The notes under the pieces: generated by a model
Databases searched by the model: none
Told to the model about the DNA's origin: nothing
The model's input: only the letters and a program-made list of their open reading frames with translations
Origin: Selaginella moellendorffii
Taxonomy: Eukaryota > Plantae > Lycopodiophyta
Length of the DNA: 64,000 nt
Direction: 5' to 3'
Assembly (NCBI RefSeq): GCF_000143415.4
Contig: NW_003314460.1
Span: forward strand, 4,369-68,368
In this document: positions 1-12,940 of the stretch, in pieces
Numbering within the stretch: the first letter of the stretch is position 1
Layout: every line of letters begins with the position of its first letter
Made by a program: the position numbers and the translations under genes

Positions 1-697
1 CCTCCAAACACGACAAGATACTTTCCATGGCTGATTGTTGTGTGCCCGGCTCTTGGCATCAGCTCGGCACCAGTCGTCTTTACCTCCGCCATGCCATTGT
101 TTCTGGAAACGCAAATGATTCGCAAGTTAAAACCAGCACAATGTATGTACCTGTGTCCAGAATATGAACATCGTTTAGATAGGCATTACCACCGTCCTCG
201 CCACCCATGACAACGAAACAGTTCTTAAGGTATGGCTATCCCGAGAAATAGGCGAGACTCCAGTGGTAGAAATCTTCTTCCAGACAAAAGTATCTACAGG
301 GAAAAAAAAAAGTTTAGAAGAAAACAAGGAAAGTTAACAGGATATTACTCGTGTTCAAAACATGGAGGTCGTTGTAGTACTCCTCCTCTGAGGGATCGCT
401 GGATTTCCCACTTCTTCCAAACATGAACAGGTTGTCACCAATGAGAGACGCGCTATGTCCTTCTCTCGGAGCAGGAACATCACCAAAGTGTTGGTAGCTG
501 CATCGGATGATAAGAACAAGAAAAAAAAATCGATACGGAGCTTACAAGTATCCAAAACAAAGAGTATGATTGAGCGGGCTGGTTCCATCGGTACCACCAA
601 ACACATGGAGCTTAGACCCGACGGCCATTGAGCTGTGGCTGTCTCGAGGAGAAGGGTGCGTTCCTTTCATCACAGGCTTGCTCCAGGTGTACATCCC
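1..697 (-). pseudogene. Kelch-repeat (galactose oxidase/kelch, At1g18610-like) gene fragment, copy 1; runs off window start
   Basis: Reverse complement of exons/introns of the Kelch copy at 27.9-28.7 kb (YTWSKPVMKGTHPSPRDSHSS, YYNDLHVLN, TFVWKKISTTGVSP, GGNAYLNDVHILDT). Internal deletions and frameshifts. Confidence 0.9.
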
Positions 698-733
698 TGC
701 ACGATCCTACCAGAAGAGTGAAGAACCTTGATT

Positions 734-1268
734 CTAGTCGTCGATGACAATGTGAATCCCCTCGTTGTCCGAGACGTTGTCCCTGTCGTGAGCTCCATCC
801 ACCATAGCCTCTTCGCCTTTCACTCCCAATCCTCGTCGCATTTCCGAGCAGAGCACGTCGATCTGTCAAATGCACCTGCGCAGGCCGATGCCAGCGATTT
901 TTTTCCCAGCGTAAGTCTGGAAGGCATCAAGCCTGTTCTTGCTGACCATCGAGCACAACTATGGCGACACAGAGAAAGCTGTGAGCCTCTCAAACCTTTG
1001 CAAATGGAGAAACAACCACAACCTCGTTGTAATAGGCTGGGACTTTCAGCTGCTTAGGATCGTTGTCCAGTGCCGCTCCCAGGACTTCTTCCGGAGCTGT
1101 CCAAAAATGAACGCGTTACAGTTTTTTCTAGTGTCTAAATCGAAGGAACTCACTCAAAGGTGTTGGATAAGGAACAAATGTAGGTTGCGGCTTTTGGTAG
1201 GAGGTTTTTTGGTCCCTCACCAGGCTCGACGCCGCCGTTGCTGCAATTGGCCGGAATATCTTGGTCAT
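734..1268 (-). pseudogene. Three-exon gene of unknown function (~137 aa if one in-frame TGA is read through; 93 aa otherwise)
   Basis: ATG 1268; exons 1154-1268, 1023-1096, 734-958; GT-AG introns of 57 and 64 bp splice in frame (MTKIFRPIAA...PEEVLGAALDNDPKQLKVPAYYNELCSMVSKNRLDAFQ...HIVIDD*). TGA at 866-868. Family not recognised. Confidence 0.6.
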
Positions 1269-1469
1269 CCTGGAACATCTCAAGTTAGAATCGCAGGGAC
1301 GACGATAGGGGGGTCGAGACTCTTTTACCAGATGATATTCTCAGTTGAGTACTTTTGCCATAAGTGTGACTCTTTTCTTCACGATCTCGGTAATTCTACG
1401 AACTCTACAAACAGAGACAAATCCCTTCCTAGGGTTAGAAATAGGATGTTTTTGATGTTTGTATTACCT

Positions 1470-3030
1470 TTATAACATGGTGCACAACCCTAAAAAAATC
1501 TACAGAATTGCTGCCATGCTTGAAAAGCAATTGAGTTTTCACAAAACCAAAGAATCATAGACTACCAAAAAATTAATAGGTTAGTTTGAGAAATTATAAT
1601 TTTAACTGCATACTGAGTTAAATTCTTTTTATCTGAACTATAATAATGCCTCTAACATTCATAGTTTACTAAAGAATAATAGAATTTCTATTATGTGTCT
1701 GGTTTACATTTTAAAACATACATAAATATTTATCTAGCTTGCTACCACATTTATATTAAACCTCATGGTTTAGATTCTAGATTCCAGAGCAAACTAATAT
1801 TCTCTTTTATATTCATCCAAAGATAATAATTACATTAGAGATATAATTTTGTGTTAAGACAAATCTGTATTACTGCTTCATGATAAAATTATAAATTCAT
1901 TTCTGATATAAGATGTGGTATCTAATATGGTATAAGATATCTCATACACATACAAATATCAAATCAATTTCTTAATAATATCTGAAAATTTAGCAAAGAC
2001 TTTTATATTTTTATTTAATATTCTTGCTCATAACCTACTTAAATCTATTGTCAGCTTTATATGAGTTTTATCTTTTGTCTAAATATTGAAAACATGATTT
2101 ATTTTCTATAGTTAAAATGTATGCTTTATATAAGTCTGGCAAATATAACTCCACTGGCAAATATAAAAATAATATTTTAAAAATACTTATATGAGATTTT
2201 TTATAAAATAAAATTATTAATACACCTATAATGCAGAACATAATTTAACATAGATCAAGAGTGTGTAAGAAATTTTGTACCTTATAATATAAAAGATAAC
2301 TACTATGAAATTCAAATGATGAAGAGACAAAATACTTGAGAAGGAAAAACATAGAAGAAATTTTACAAATAAGGATTAAAAATGTTAGAAAGAGATTTCT
2401 AAATGAACTTCTCATGAAAAAGAGTTTCAGGTTAAACATTAGTAGAACAACTTCCAATTAAATATCTAGATTGTTAGGAATAAATTTGAAAATATTAAAC
2501 TAAAATTTTCTCAAGATTATATTTAGATGATATCATCCTAGAAGTTATGATTATAAAAGCTTAAAGATGTTATGACTTTGAAAGCTTTAATAAACTCTGA
2601 AACCTGCAACAATTTTATTCAAGATTGTGTCTAGCCAACGGATTTTAAATTATATATACATAAAAATTTAAAAAATTTCAGTTTAAATAAAAAATTAAAA
2701 TTAATATAATAAAACTGAAATTATCTAAATTCTAACATGATTATAAACAATTAAAGATTATATTAAAGATTAATTTTGTAAGAAAAGCTAGATCTAGCAC
2801 ATAAATAATAGTATTAATATATTTTGTACATGTTACTATATTTAATATAGTGTAATAATATTATCAATGCTGGGAGAAATGAAAATTAAGGATTAAAGTC
2901 CCAGCTACATTGGGAGTATTGTGTTTATTTCTAATGTCTTAGTAATTTAAAAGAGTTGTAATTGTAATTTTAATTTCAAAAATAATCATTATGATAACAT
3001 ATATAGTTAAACATAATATAATATTTATAT
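1470..3030 (-). mobile_element. AT-rich Helitron-like modules, inverted copy
   Basis: 1470-1720 is the reverse complement of the unit at 14540-14780/33130-33360/61120-61350. 1790-3030 is the reverse complement of ~33780-35030, including a degenerate hairpin end at ~2898-2915. Confidence 0.7.
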
Positions 3031-3274
3031 TAAAATTCACCAGCACATCACCTAACATAACATAACCAGCACATATCATAACATAATAAATACTTTGCAC
3101 ATTACTGTTGAGACTGGCAAAGGTCGTCTAGGAGGTTTAGCACTGGCCCAATTTTTTTATCAGGTCAGACAAACTGTGGTTTTCTTTCCTTGCTAGCTTC
3201 CACTATGGGGATTATTGATACTTACCTGGACGTTGAAATATTTAAAACGTGCCTTCAATGCGACGCTGGATTGG

Positions 3275-3348
3275 GAGCTGGATCCTTTGTCCTGGAGACC
3301 AGAGTGGCCGCGAGCTAGATCCTTTGTCCCAGAGACTAGAGTGGCCAC
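3275..3348. repeat. 37-bp tandem duplication
   Basis: gagctggatcctttgtcctggagaccagagtggccgc followed by gagctagatcctttgtcccagagactagagtggccac. Confidence 0.85.
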
Positions 3349-5509
3349 GAGATGGAATGGTTAAGGCTAGGGTTTATGCAGAATGTGGTGGTGGTAACAC
3401 ATCACAGCCGAGCACCCCTCTCTGTTCGATCACTGGTCCGCAAAGATCTTGAGGAGATCCTTCCAGCAAACGATCTTATCGATATCAATATCGAGGAGCC
3501 ACTGAAAAATAATCTAGAGTAACTTCAGTTAAAGAGATTGATTGAGCTCTCCAGTTGCCAAAGACCCGACTACAATTGCTCTGCTCAAGATGTCCACTGG
3601 TGAATTCCAAATATCTTCACACCCAGCTCAACGAGCTAATCCAAGTGACGTGCTAAGTAGTGAGTGCCTCACTCTCATGCTTTCCTGTTCATTAAAGTTC
3701 CTGTTTTTCCAGTTTTATTGTTAATCCAAAGTGGAAGTTTAGCTCTTTGTTTCACAGATTTATAAAGCTGACCTACCCAAGAGAGTTCACAAGTCAGAGT
3801 CACGTCTCCAACTAGAGGCTTAAGTTCTGCAGCCTTGAAAACCCCAGGAAGCAATCTTCCACTTCTGCAGAGCCTATCACCTCCACTTCACAACCACGGC
3901 CTCATTGCTCACCTGGCCTCTTATAGTTTTTTTTACCTCTTCTTGTCCTTTTGGTAAGAGCAGCAGAACAAAAGCGAGCTTCCAAAGGAAACATGTGCTC
4001 ACTAGGGGAGGTCNNNNNNNNNNNNNNNNNNNNNNNNNNNNNNNNNNNNNNNNNNNNNNNNNNNNNNNNNNNNNNNNNNNNNNNNNNNNNNNNNNNNNNN
4101 NNNNNNNNNNNNNNNNNNNNNNNNNNNNNNNNNNNNNNNNNNNNNNNNNNNNNNNNNNNNNNNNNNNNNNNNNNNNNNNNNNNNNNNNNNNNNNNNNNNN
4201 NNNNNNAGTCCTTGCTCTGTTTTCTAGCTTTAACAGAACCCACTGATAAACGTTATAGTAATGCAAAACATTAGGAGATTGCTGGGAACAATGATCTATT
4301 ATCGAACCACCATGATCTATTGCTATAATATGACCAAAGTAGGCTGAGGCTGGTTATTGTCTTATGGTGATTTTGCTCTGGTTGTGGGACATGCAATGGA
4401 ATGGTATCCAATGCTACTTGGCATCTCTGAAGATCAAGCCCTATGAAATATCAAAAAAGTATATATGAACAGTAAAGAATATGAGTTTCAACCTTCATTG
4501 TGATAATTATGTTACTAAAAAACTGTTATGGCAAACACAGATATATGACATGAAATAACAGTGTGTTACATAGAGAAACACTTAGTTTGCAAGATTAATC
4601 TTATTGTATATCAATTATTAGATGGTAGAATAAACTAGAGTATACAATATGTATTTGGGAAAGTCTATAAATTCTAAACACATTTCAAAAATATAAATAA
4701 AAGACTAATCTTAATGAATAACAACTATTAGATAGTAGAATATCCCAAATATCTAAGTATAATCTAGGTACATCAACTACCCTTTTTGTTTACATAAGAA
4801 AACCAAAAACATTTTATAATTATAGTATTTCTATTTATATATCAAACAGGAATATAAGAAACTCCATATAAAACATTCTAGCTTTTCTTTGATCAAATAA
4901 CCATGTAATTGTATAATTGTCTCTGACCATAGACGGTTGGGCTTTTTTAAAATAATTCCAAAAATGTTATTGAAACACTACTAACACCACTAAAGTAACA
5001 AAATATAAATGATAATATAATATTTCTATATCAGCTTGACTAAAATTTACTAAATATAAAGAAAGAATTCTTTGAAAGCCCAATTCTATTAAAACTTGAA
5101 AATTTAATAAGAAAGTAAAGTGAAGAACTATAAAATCATTTAAAGTATATTTATTCATAAAAGAATATTAATAATATTAAAATAAAATATTTAAGTAGAA
5201 TATTATCAACAAAGAATATAATAATATATTATTTGTTATTTTCATTTAAAATTAGTAAATTAATTAAATATTTCCAAATCATTATTGCACTATTATATAG
5301 TTTCAGACAAGAATGATAATATATTAATAAATACTATATAATTTATGATTAATTATGTATTAATTTAATTATTTAATAAAAGTGGGGTTTTTAGCTCATG
5401 ATTCATCCATTAATTTTCTCCTTTTTGCATATTATTACAAAATTAGACTATTTTCTTAAAAACTATGACTAATAGTGTTAGCCTTTTGATAAAGGTTTCA
5501 GAAAAGTTT

Positions 5510-8500
5510 GTTATGCATGTTAAGATTAATATGAACATTTTATATATAAAGATGAATATAAAATTTTAGAAATTACTAAATAACAGAAATGTACATGACA
5601 CTCCCAGAAAATATATATTTGGAAATTTTTATAGCTAAAAGTTCTGTATCTAACTATAAATAACTATGATGCATCAAGAAGTGTTTGTAAATATATATTT
5701 ACTCTAGAGTAACTCAATCACAAAAATTATTATTAATGGTAACTGTGATCTTATATAATGATAATTAATTCTCTATAATAGATTCATGACACATAAAAAG
5801 TTAGTTCTCAATATAATGAGTTGACCAATTTAGCATTTATCTTGTGTATGAGAAATTATTGTAGCATACGTGGTTTTCACCCTTTATCCTATGGTGATTT
5901 ACCATGATGATTTATGGTGATTTACCAAAGTTATATGACATTCCTAATTCTGCCACCACTTAGCATCAGTGTTGTTAATGCTGCTCTTGGATGTTCAGTA
6001 CTACACATAATTTGTACAATAGTAGTTGATATCTAATAGATATTCTCATTTGATTTTTTAACTAGAGTTTGGTTAAGAACACATGGGAACTGGCTTGTCA
6101 TCAAGAAAATGAATTGTCATATGTAAAACTACTTATATTTCTATATCTCCATCTAATTTCTGATACTACATTATAAAAGTTAATTACACTTGTATGATGA
6201 ATGATGATATATCCCAAATTGGCAGTCTTGTCCAAACCACTAAAGGTGCTAAATATCTCTGATGTGTGTTTTTATATTAGAATTGTTATGTATGTTATGA
6301 TTAGTATGAACTTTTCAAATATAAAGATGAATATGAACTTTTCAGAATTACTAAATAACAAAAATGTACATGACACTCCCAGCAAAGCTGGGACTTGTGC
6401 CTTGGATGAGTGTGATTGAATATATTGCCAATAGCAGTAATTTTAGCATGTAGGGTTTGTTTCAGATATCTCTATTGACCATGCATTCTAGGGTTGCTAG
6501 ATCACAAGTTTCTGTGACAACTCACTACAAGTAGTCAGTACCTTTCTCTTTGTTAGTCAATTATCAGATTCTTTGATAATTTTTCTTTTTCTCTCTTGGC
6601 AGGATTTCTGGAAATAGCATAATCTAGCATATAATACAATTCTTGTGGAAAATGAGTATCCTCTAAGGTAGGCTTGCTCAAGAATATTTAACATAACATT
6701 AGCATAACCATACAAGTTAACAAATGGTTAACAAATGGTATGGTTAATTTTATGCAGGTTCAAACTTTAATTATAATCCTCTATATTTCATTGGCTATAA
6801 CCTTTGAAAACCAAGCTCATATAAGTGTCATGATAAATAGTTATCTCAAACATGTTGTAAACTTTATAAAGACTCAATCCAATACAGCTCACTAATAAAA
6901 TAAAATAAAATAAAAAACTAATATAAAATTTAATCTCCCTCAACCACATATTTTCCTTGTATAAGAATTAAATGTCCAATATAAAACCATTGGAGCTGTG
7001 AATGTTGTAGGAAATAAAAAAAAAACTTTATACATGTTATGGCCCTTTTTTATTCAGTAACATGACAAAGAAAACCTCTTTTAGGTGTTGAACTCACACT
7101 ATTGATTNNNNNNNNNNNNNNNNNNNNNNNNNNNNNNNNNNNNNNNNNNNNNNNNNNNNNNNNNNNNNNNNNNNNNNNNNNNNNNNNNNNNNNNNNNNNN
7201 NNNNNNNNNNNNNNNNNNNNNNNNNNNNNNNNNNNNNNNNNNNNNNNNNNNNNNNNNNNNNNNNNNNNNNNNNNNNNNNNNNNNNNNNNNNNNNNNNNNN
7301 NNNNNNNNNNNNNNNNNNNNNNNNNNNNNNNNNNNNNNNNNNNNNNNNNNNNNNNNNNNNNNNNNNNNNNNNNNNNNNNNNNNNNNNNNNNNNNNNNNNN
7401 NNNNNNNNNNNNNNNNNNNNNNNNNNNNNNNNNNNNNNNNNNNNNNNNNNNNNNNNNNNNNNNNNNNNNNNNNNNNNNNNNNNNNNNNNNNNNNNNNNNN
7501 NNNNNNNNNNNNNNNNNNNNNNNNNNNNNNNNNNNNNNNNNNNNNNNNNNNNNNNNNNNNNNNNNNNNNNNNNNNNNNNNNNNNNNNNNNNNNNNNNNNN
7601 NNNNNNNNNNNNNNNNNNNNNNNNNNNNNNNNNNNNNNNNNNNNNNNNNNNNNNNNNNNNNNNNNNNNNNNNNNNNNNNNNNNNNNNNNNNNNNNNNNNN
7701 NNNNNNNNNNNNNNNNNNNNNNNNNNNNNNNNNNNNNNNNNNNNNNNNNNNNNNNNNNAACTCTATGTAGTGGGTGGTGCTTATATGGGGATGCATCCAA
7801 TAGCCAAGATACGCAATCCAGTGGATGATCAATAGAATCCTCTACCATTGCTGATTTTATCCTTTGTCATCAATGACAATAAAATAATTATGAAAGATAG
7901 TGGTTGCTTCTTCAGATCAACATTTGTTTTATTAGCACAAGATTTGTCTTGGAAAGAGATGAATATAATTGCATTGCATGGGCAACACTGCTTTGTACAC
8001 TTCAAACAATTCTACAAGCCCAACATGTATGGATTGTTGAGGCAATAACATGTGGACATTAGCTCAATGTGGTGAACACTTCTCAAGCAGATAACTACAA
8101 GCTAATGCTCTACTCAACAAGCTGCTAGAAGAACATCTGGGCAATCTCAAGAAATTGCAAAGTTGTGTCAGTGATTCAAGATAATAGCATTGAACCAAAG
8201 TGATAGATGTTTACAATCTTGATGTGCTATTGGTAAATACCAATGAAATGTCCTTCAAGGTTAATATAATTATAGAATATGTATTAAAATATCATGGTAC
8301 AGAAAAGGCTCAAGTTCTTCTTACAATCAGGTGTGCTTTGCCATACCTTCACTTTCAAAACTTTCAACATACAACCTATTAAGTCTCATGCTTGAATATC
8401 TTATATATATGTTTCTTAACTTTTCAAATATAAAGAAACAATAGAAATGAAAAGCCGAATAAGGAACTTTTCCAAATTACTAAACAACTGAAATGTATAT

Positions 8501-8512
8501 GACACTCCCAGC
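5510..8512 (+). repeat. Three dispersed copies of a ~100-bp Helitron-like subterminal unit (5510-5607, 6280-6400, 8415-8512)
   Basis: Shared ...aattactaaataac...aatgtacatgacactcccag. Only the 6.4-kb copy keeps the full hairpin CCCAGC-AAA-GCTGGG; none keeps the CTAG. Confidence 0.65.
5860..5905 (-). mobile_element. Short fragment of the LTR-B terminus
   Basis: tgtagcatacgtggttttcaccctttatcctatggtgatttaccat is the near-exact reverse complement of the last ~46 bp of LTR-B (ending 40952). Confidence 0.8.
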
Positions 8513-8559
8513 TTCACTTCTTAGACTGAGATTTCTCTTTTTTCATATTATCAACAAAA

Positions 8560-9685
8560 GTATATACAAATTTATATGACTATTAATACAATCATCAATG
8601 ATTAAACATATTGAGATTTCAATTGGCTCAAATGTAGTCTAAGATTTATGTAATATCATAAATTTTCTAACATTTTTTCTTACATTGTAATTATACATGA
8701 CAAAAATAATAAGGTATAAATATCATTGAGACAACATTAGTACAACAACCATCTAAAGAAATGTGATTCACCATCAATTGAACTTTAATTATATTAAATC
8801 TATCTATATACCAATTATGAATTTTCTGGTATTTTATATTTTTAGAATAAAGAAAAAGTTTATATATCATTATTACCTCAATATAGAGTAAAACCTTACC
8901 ATTCATTTATCATTATAAAATATCAGCCTTTAAAATATTGTAATAAAGCTTTAATTTTAAATATAAATCCATGAAATAGAGAGATAATAACTTATTTTAC
9001 ATTAGCATTCTCTCTATTAAAAAACACATACAGAAATAATGCTAATGATATAAAGTAGAATACTTCTAATATTAAATATTACTCTCAAAATGTAAGAATA
9101 TAAGTATTAGGAATAAGGGAATATCAAAGATAAATATGTAATATTTTGAAATTATTCTAAAAAATATAGTATCATGAAATTTCAAAACTTTCAATCTAAA
9201 GAGATGAAAAATAAAACTCCATAAAAATTGTTATATTTTTTTAATTTTATAAGATGTATATAGTTTAAGTGAGTTTTAAATCTTTATTTTTGAAATCATT
9301 ATACTTTAGTGTCCTTAAGAAACACATTTTTTATTAAGCAGAAAAATTGTAGATCAATTATATGGAGATTTCAAATAAAAAAATAGTTACCAAGCCTCAA
9401 TATTTAATTGACTCATCTGGCCATGGAATCCCACAGCGAAAAATTCCATTTATAGAAGATCATGCAGCACTAAGAGTTTTAAATGTTATATTATGTATAA
9501 GTTAAATTTATTATATTATTTATTATGTTATATTTGTAGAAGGGATTTTGAATATAAATATTATATTATGTTATGTTAACTATGTATGTTATAATTATGA
9601 TTATATTAAAATTATAATTATGATTTCAACTTTTTGAAATACTAAAATATCAAGAATAAACACGATGCTCCCAGACTTTTGCTAG
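8560..9685 (+). mobile_element. Non-autonomous Helitron-like unit, family A (hairpin partly deleted, ends CTAG|T)
   Basis: Colinear with 18670-20033 and 26110-27290; ends gctcccagacttttgctag|t. 5' boundary approximate. Confidence 0.7.
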
Positions 9686-9902
9686 TACTCCCTTATTTAA
9701 ACGTGCTATTGGCATATGGCATCCGGCGTCTTTTATTCCATTTTTAGAATATTATTTCTGAATATACCTATAATCTAACGGTTCAAATTCAAAAACTTCA
9801 AATAGATGGCATAGATCAAGTGCCAAAGGGGTGGCAACTCTTCAATTTTTTAATGACGATCCAAATCAAGAGAAAAAATTTAGGGCGATTGGGCAGATTG
9901 TG

Positions 9903-9905
<3 letters not shown>
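9686..9905 (+). promoter_or_regulatory. Recurrent ~220-bp promoter-like cassette, copy 1
   Basis: Near-identical to 20041-20265, 27294-27510 and 61593-61812. TCTAACGGTT at 9774-9783, 3x TTCAAA. Regulatory role is inferred. Confidence 0.5.
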
Positions 9906-9982
<77 letters not shown>

Positions 9983-9988
9983 TGTGTG
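9905..9988. repeat. (CT)n(TG)n compound microsatellite
   Basis: Read directly. Confidence 0.95.
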
Positions 9989-10839
9989 CTGAAATTTTCT
10001 ATTTGCTGCGTTTGATCAGACTGGCTGGGGACTGATGAGCCGGCCGTGCAAAAAAAGTGACCGTGACAAAGATGGTCTTCCCAATCCTTACGAGCACCAG
10101 TCCCAAGTGAGTGTTCTATTCATTGTCGTTTAGAAAAAAAAAAAAAAGAAATTTTTTCCTGTGGTTCTTGCTTGTCTGATTTCTCTGATTAGAGCTCGCA
10201 GGTGGATTTGCTGCTGAGCTTTTGCNNNNNNNNNNNNNNNNNNNNNNNNNNNNNNNNNNNNNNNNNNNNNNNNNNNNNNNNNNNNNNNNNNNNNNNNNNN
10301 NNNNNNNNNNNNNNNNNNNNNNNNNNNNNNNNNNNNNNNNNNNNNNNNNNNNNNNNNNNNNNNNNNNNNNNNNNNNNNNNNNNNNNNNNNNNNNNNNNNN
10401 NNNNNNNNNNNNNNNNNNNNNNNNNNNNNNNNNNNNNNNNNNNNNNNNNNNNNNNNNNNNNNNNNNNNNNNNNNNNNNNNNNNNNNNNNNNNNNNNNNNN
10501 NNNNNNNNNNNNNNNNNNNNNNNNNNNNNNNNNNNNNNNNNNNNNNNNNNNNNNNNNNNNNNNNNNNNNNNNNNNNNNNNNNNNNNNNNNNNNNNNNNNN
10601 NNNNNNNNNNNNNNNNNNNNNNNNNNNNNNNNNNNNNNNNNNNNNNNNNNNNNNNNNNNNNNNNNNNNNNNNNNNNNNNNNNNNNNNNNNNNNNNNNNNN
10701 NNNNNNNNNNNNNNNNNNNNNNNNNNNNNNNNNNNNNNNNNNNNNNNNNNNNNNNNNNNNNNNNNNNNNNNNNNNNNNNNNNNNNNNNNNNNNNNNNNNN
10801 NNNNNNNNNNNNNNNNNNGGGTTATAAGGACACCTTGGA

Positions 10840-10997
10840 TGGCAATGAGATTCAAGGTATTCGTCTAATGCTTTGAAATTTCTCCCACGGGTCTCGGTCA
10901 TCAAGGCTTTCTCGTCAACTGATTAGGCCGAAAGAGTTGACATCACAGCCAATGCTGTTCATCTAGGGTTTATGATGACACCTTTGATGCGGTACAA
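10840..10997 (+). pseudogene. TIC32-like short-chain dehydrogenase fragment, copy 1
   Basis: MAMRFK|intron|AERVDITANAVHLGFMMTPLMRY; matches 29900-30020. Confidence 0.85.
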
Positions 10998-11196
10998 GAA
11001 CATTGAAGAGTAAATATGATAAAAGGTTGGCTTAATTTAGCAACTTATGAGAACTATCTAAGTTCGTTAGGTAGAGATGGCTACGGCTAAGCAGACGATC
11101 AGGAGGACTCCACCACAGTACCTTTTTTTTAACAAACAAATCACAAATGTTCGGGTTCACTCAATTTAAGCAGCTGGAGGTGAAAACCACAAGCTC

Positions 11197-11960
11197 TCAA
11201 CACTGCCATTCGGTACTTGTTGACCTGAATGTAGACCTGAAGCCCCGCCTGGGACAAGCTCTGTAATGAGTGGAAAGTAAGCTCAATACATTATAGCAGC
11301 AGCTCTCATATACCAGCCAGCTGTAGCGCACATGCAGCCAATAGCAAGCACGCCAAACAACTCCACGAAAATGATCTCTTTGATCCAATCAGGTGACCAC
11401 CAACAAGGGAAAGAGAAACTGCAAAACAAAGAAAAGGAGATAGGCAATAAAAACACACAGCAGACAGACACACCTTCATTCAGGTACTATATTTTCCCTT
11501 TCCCTTTTTCACTATGCTGTTGCAAACTTGAGATAACAAGAGCTCAGCTCAATCACTAAGAGCTTAGCTGATGGATGAAAGCTGACTCACCCTTGTTTTA
11601 CCTGACAGGTACACTATAGTGCCGTTTTTGTTTTGTTACTGCTAAGGCGTTCTTAAGGGGGCAGAGGATGATTATTCAGTGAGCGTGAGACAGATGAGCA
11701 AGAAAAACGCAAGCGCCTTCACAAGCATTGGATCCAAGAGCAGACACACCAAAAAAAGTATTCTCTGGCATTTACATTATCTGGAGATGAGGTCAGACAC
11801 ACACCTACAGCTTACCTCCTGCATTTGCAAAAGCCCCATTGAAAATGGCGACAAGAAATGTGTCAAATAGCACAAGAGAACTATACAGCTAACTTCCAAA
11901 ACACTCATTCATTCATATGTAGGCCTTTGATTTTCAGGTAAATCGGAAATAGATGTTTTG
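11197..11960 (-). pseudogene. Multi-exon remnant of an unidentified membrane protein
   Basis: Hydrophobic exon-like segments (LYSSLVLFDTFLVAIFNGAFANAG, DWIKEIIFVELFGVLAIGCMCATAGWYMRAAAIMY) with short intron-like spacers. Confidence 0.35.
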
Positions 11961-12602
11961 AAAAATGAGAGATGAAAACAANNNNNNNNNNNNNNNNNNN
12001 NNNNNNNNNNNNNNNNNNNNNNNNNNNNNNNNNNNNNNNNNNNNNNNNNNNNNNNNNNNNNNNNNNNNNNNNNNNNNNNNNNNNNNNNNNNNNNNNNNNN
12101 NNNNNNNNNNNNNNNNNNNNNNNNNNNNNNNNNNNNNNNNNNNNNNNNNNNNNNNNNNNNNNNNNNNNNNNNNNNNNNNNNNNNNNNNNNNNNNNNNNNN
12201 NNNNNNNNNNNNNNNNNNNNNNNNNNNNNNNNNNNNNNNNNNNNNNNNNNNNNNNNNNNNNNNNNNNNNNNNNNNNNNNNNNNNNNNNNNNNNNNNNNNN
12301 NNNNNNNNNNNNNNNNNNNNNNNNNNNNNNNNNNNNNNNNNNNNNNNNNNNNNNNNNNNNNNNNNNNNNNNNNNNNNNNNNNNNNNNNNNNNNNNNNNNN
12401 NNNNNNNNNNNNNNNNNNNNNNNNNNNNNNNNNNNNNNNNNNNNNNNNNNNNNNNNNNNNNNNNNNNNNNNNNNNNNNNNNNNNNNNNNNNNNNNNNNNN
12501 NNNNNNNNNNNNNNNNNNNNNNNNNNNNNNNNNNNNNNNNNNNNNNNNNNNNNNNNNNNNNNNNNNNNNNNNNNNNNNNNNNNNNNNNNNNNNNNNNNNN
12601 NN

Positions 12603-12940
12603 CACGCTCTTCTCCACTGTAGCTGCCAATGACTTGGGCCAGATTGACATGTCGTCTTGGTGAGGATCTCCACCTTTGAGTTTCTTAATGGCAGCAATCA
12701 ATGTACACAACCAGCACCAAATACGTTAGATCAAAGCTCGATTTGAGAACAAAGAATATGATAGAATTTAAAGATGAGTGTTGGATACCTCACCTTTCAC
12801 GTAAAGACGCTGCATGTGAATGCACGACTGGCCGCTTTGATAGAATCCTTTGTGGACCAGCTTAGCGATTGTACCTTCCAAGTCTGGAACAAGATCTTCC
12901 ACCATGCATGGAGCATTGCCTCCCAGCTCCATAACCACCT
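12603..12940 (-). pseudogene. ALDH21: Aldehyde dehydrogenase family 21 fragment, copy 1 (continues into N-gap)
   Basis: VVMELGGNAPCMVEDLVPDLEGTIAKLVHKGFYQSGQSCIHMQRLYV; duplicate of 31420-31780 including the same AT-rich flank. Confidence 0.85.

Noticed and set aside
3360-4010. Exon-like GC-richer blocks (also 17.5-18.1, 23.4-23.7, 36.2-36.8, 57.9-58.5, 62.0-62.5 and 63.1-63.3 kb)
   Set aside because: Probably further captured fragments, but no family was recognisable and frames are broken.
7760-7840. Possible Copia RNase H remnant (GWCLYGDAS...)
   Set aside because: Too short and degenerate, next to a gap.
7050-12710. Long ORFs full of X (also at 3.9, 55 and 62.7 kb)
   Set aside because: Artefacts of N-gaps.
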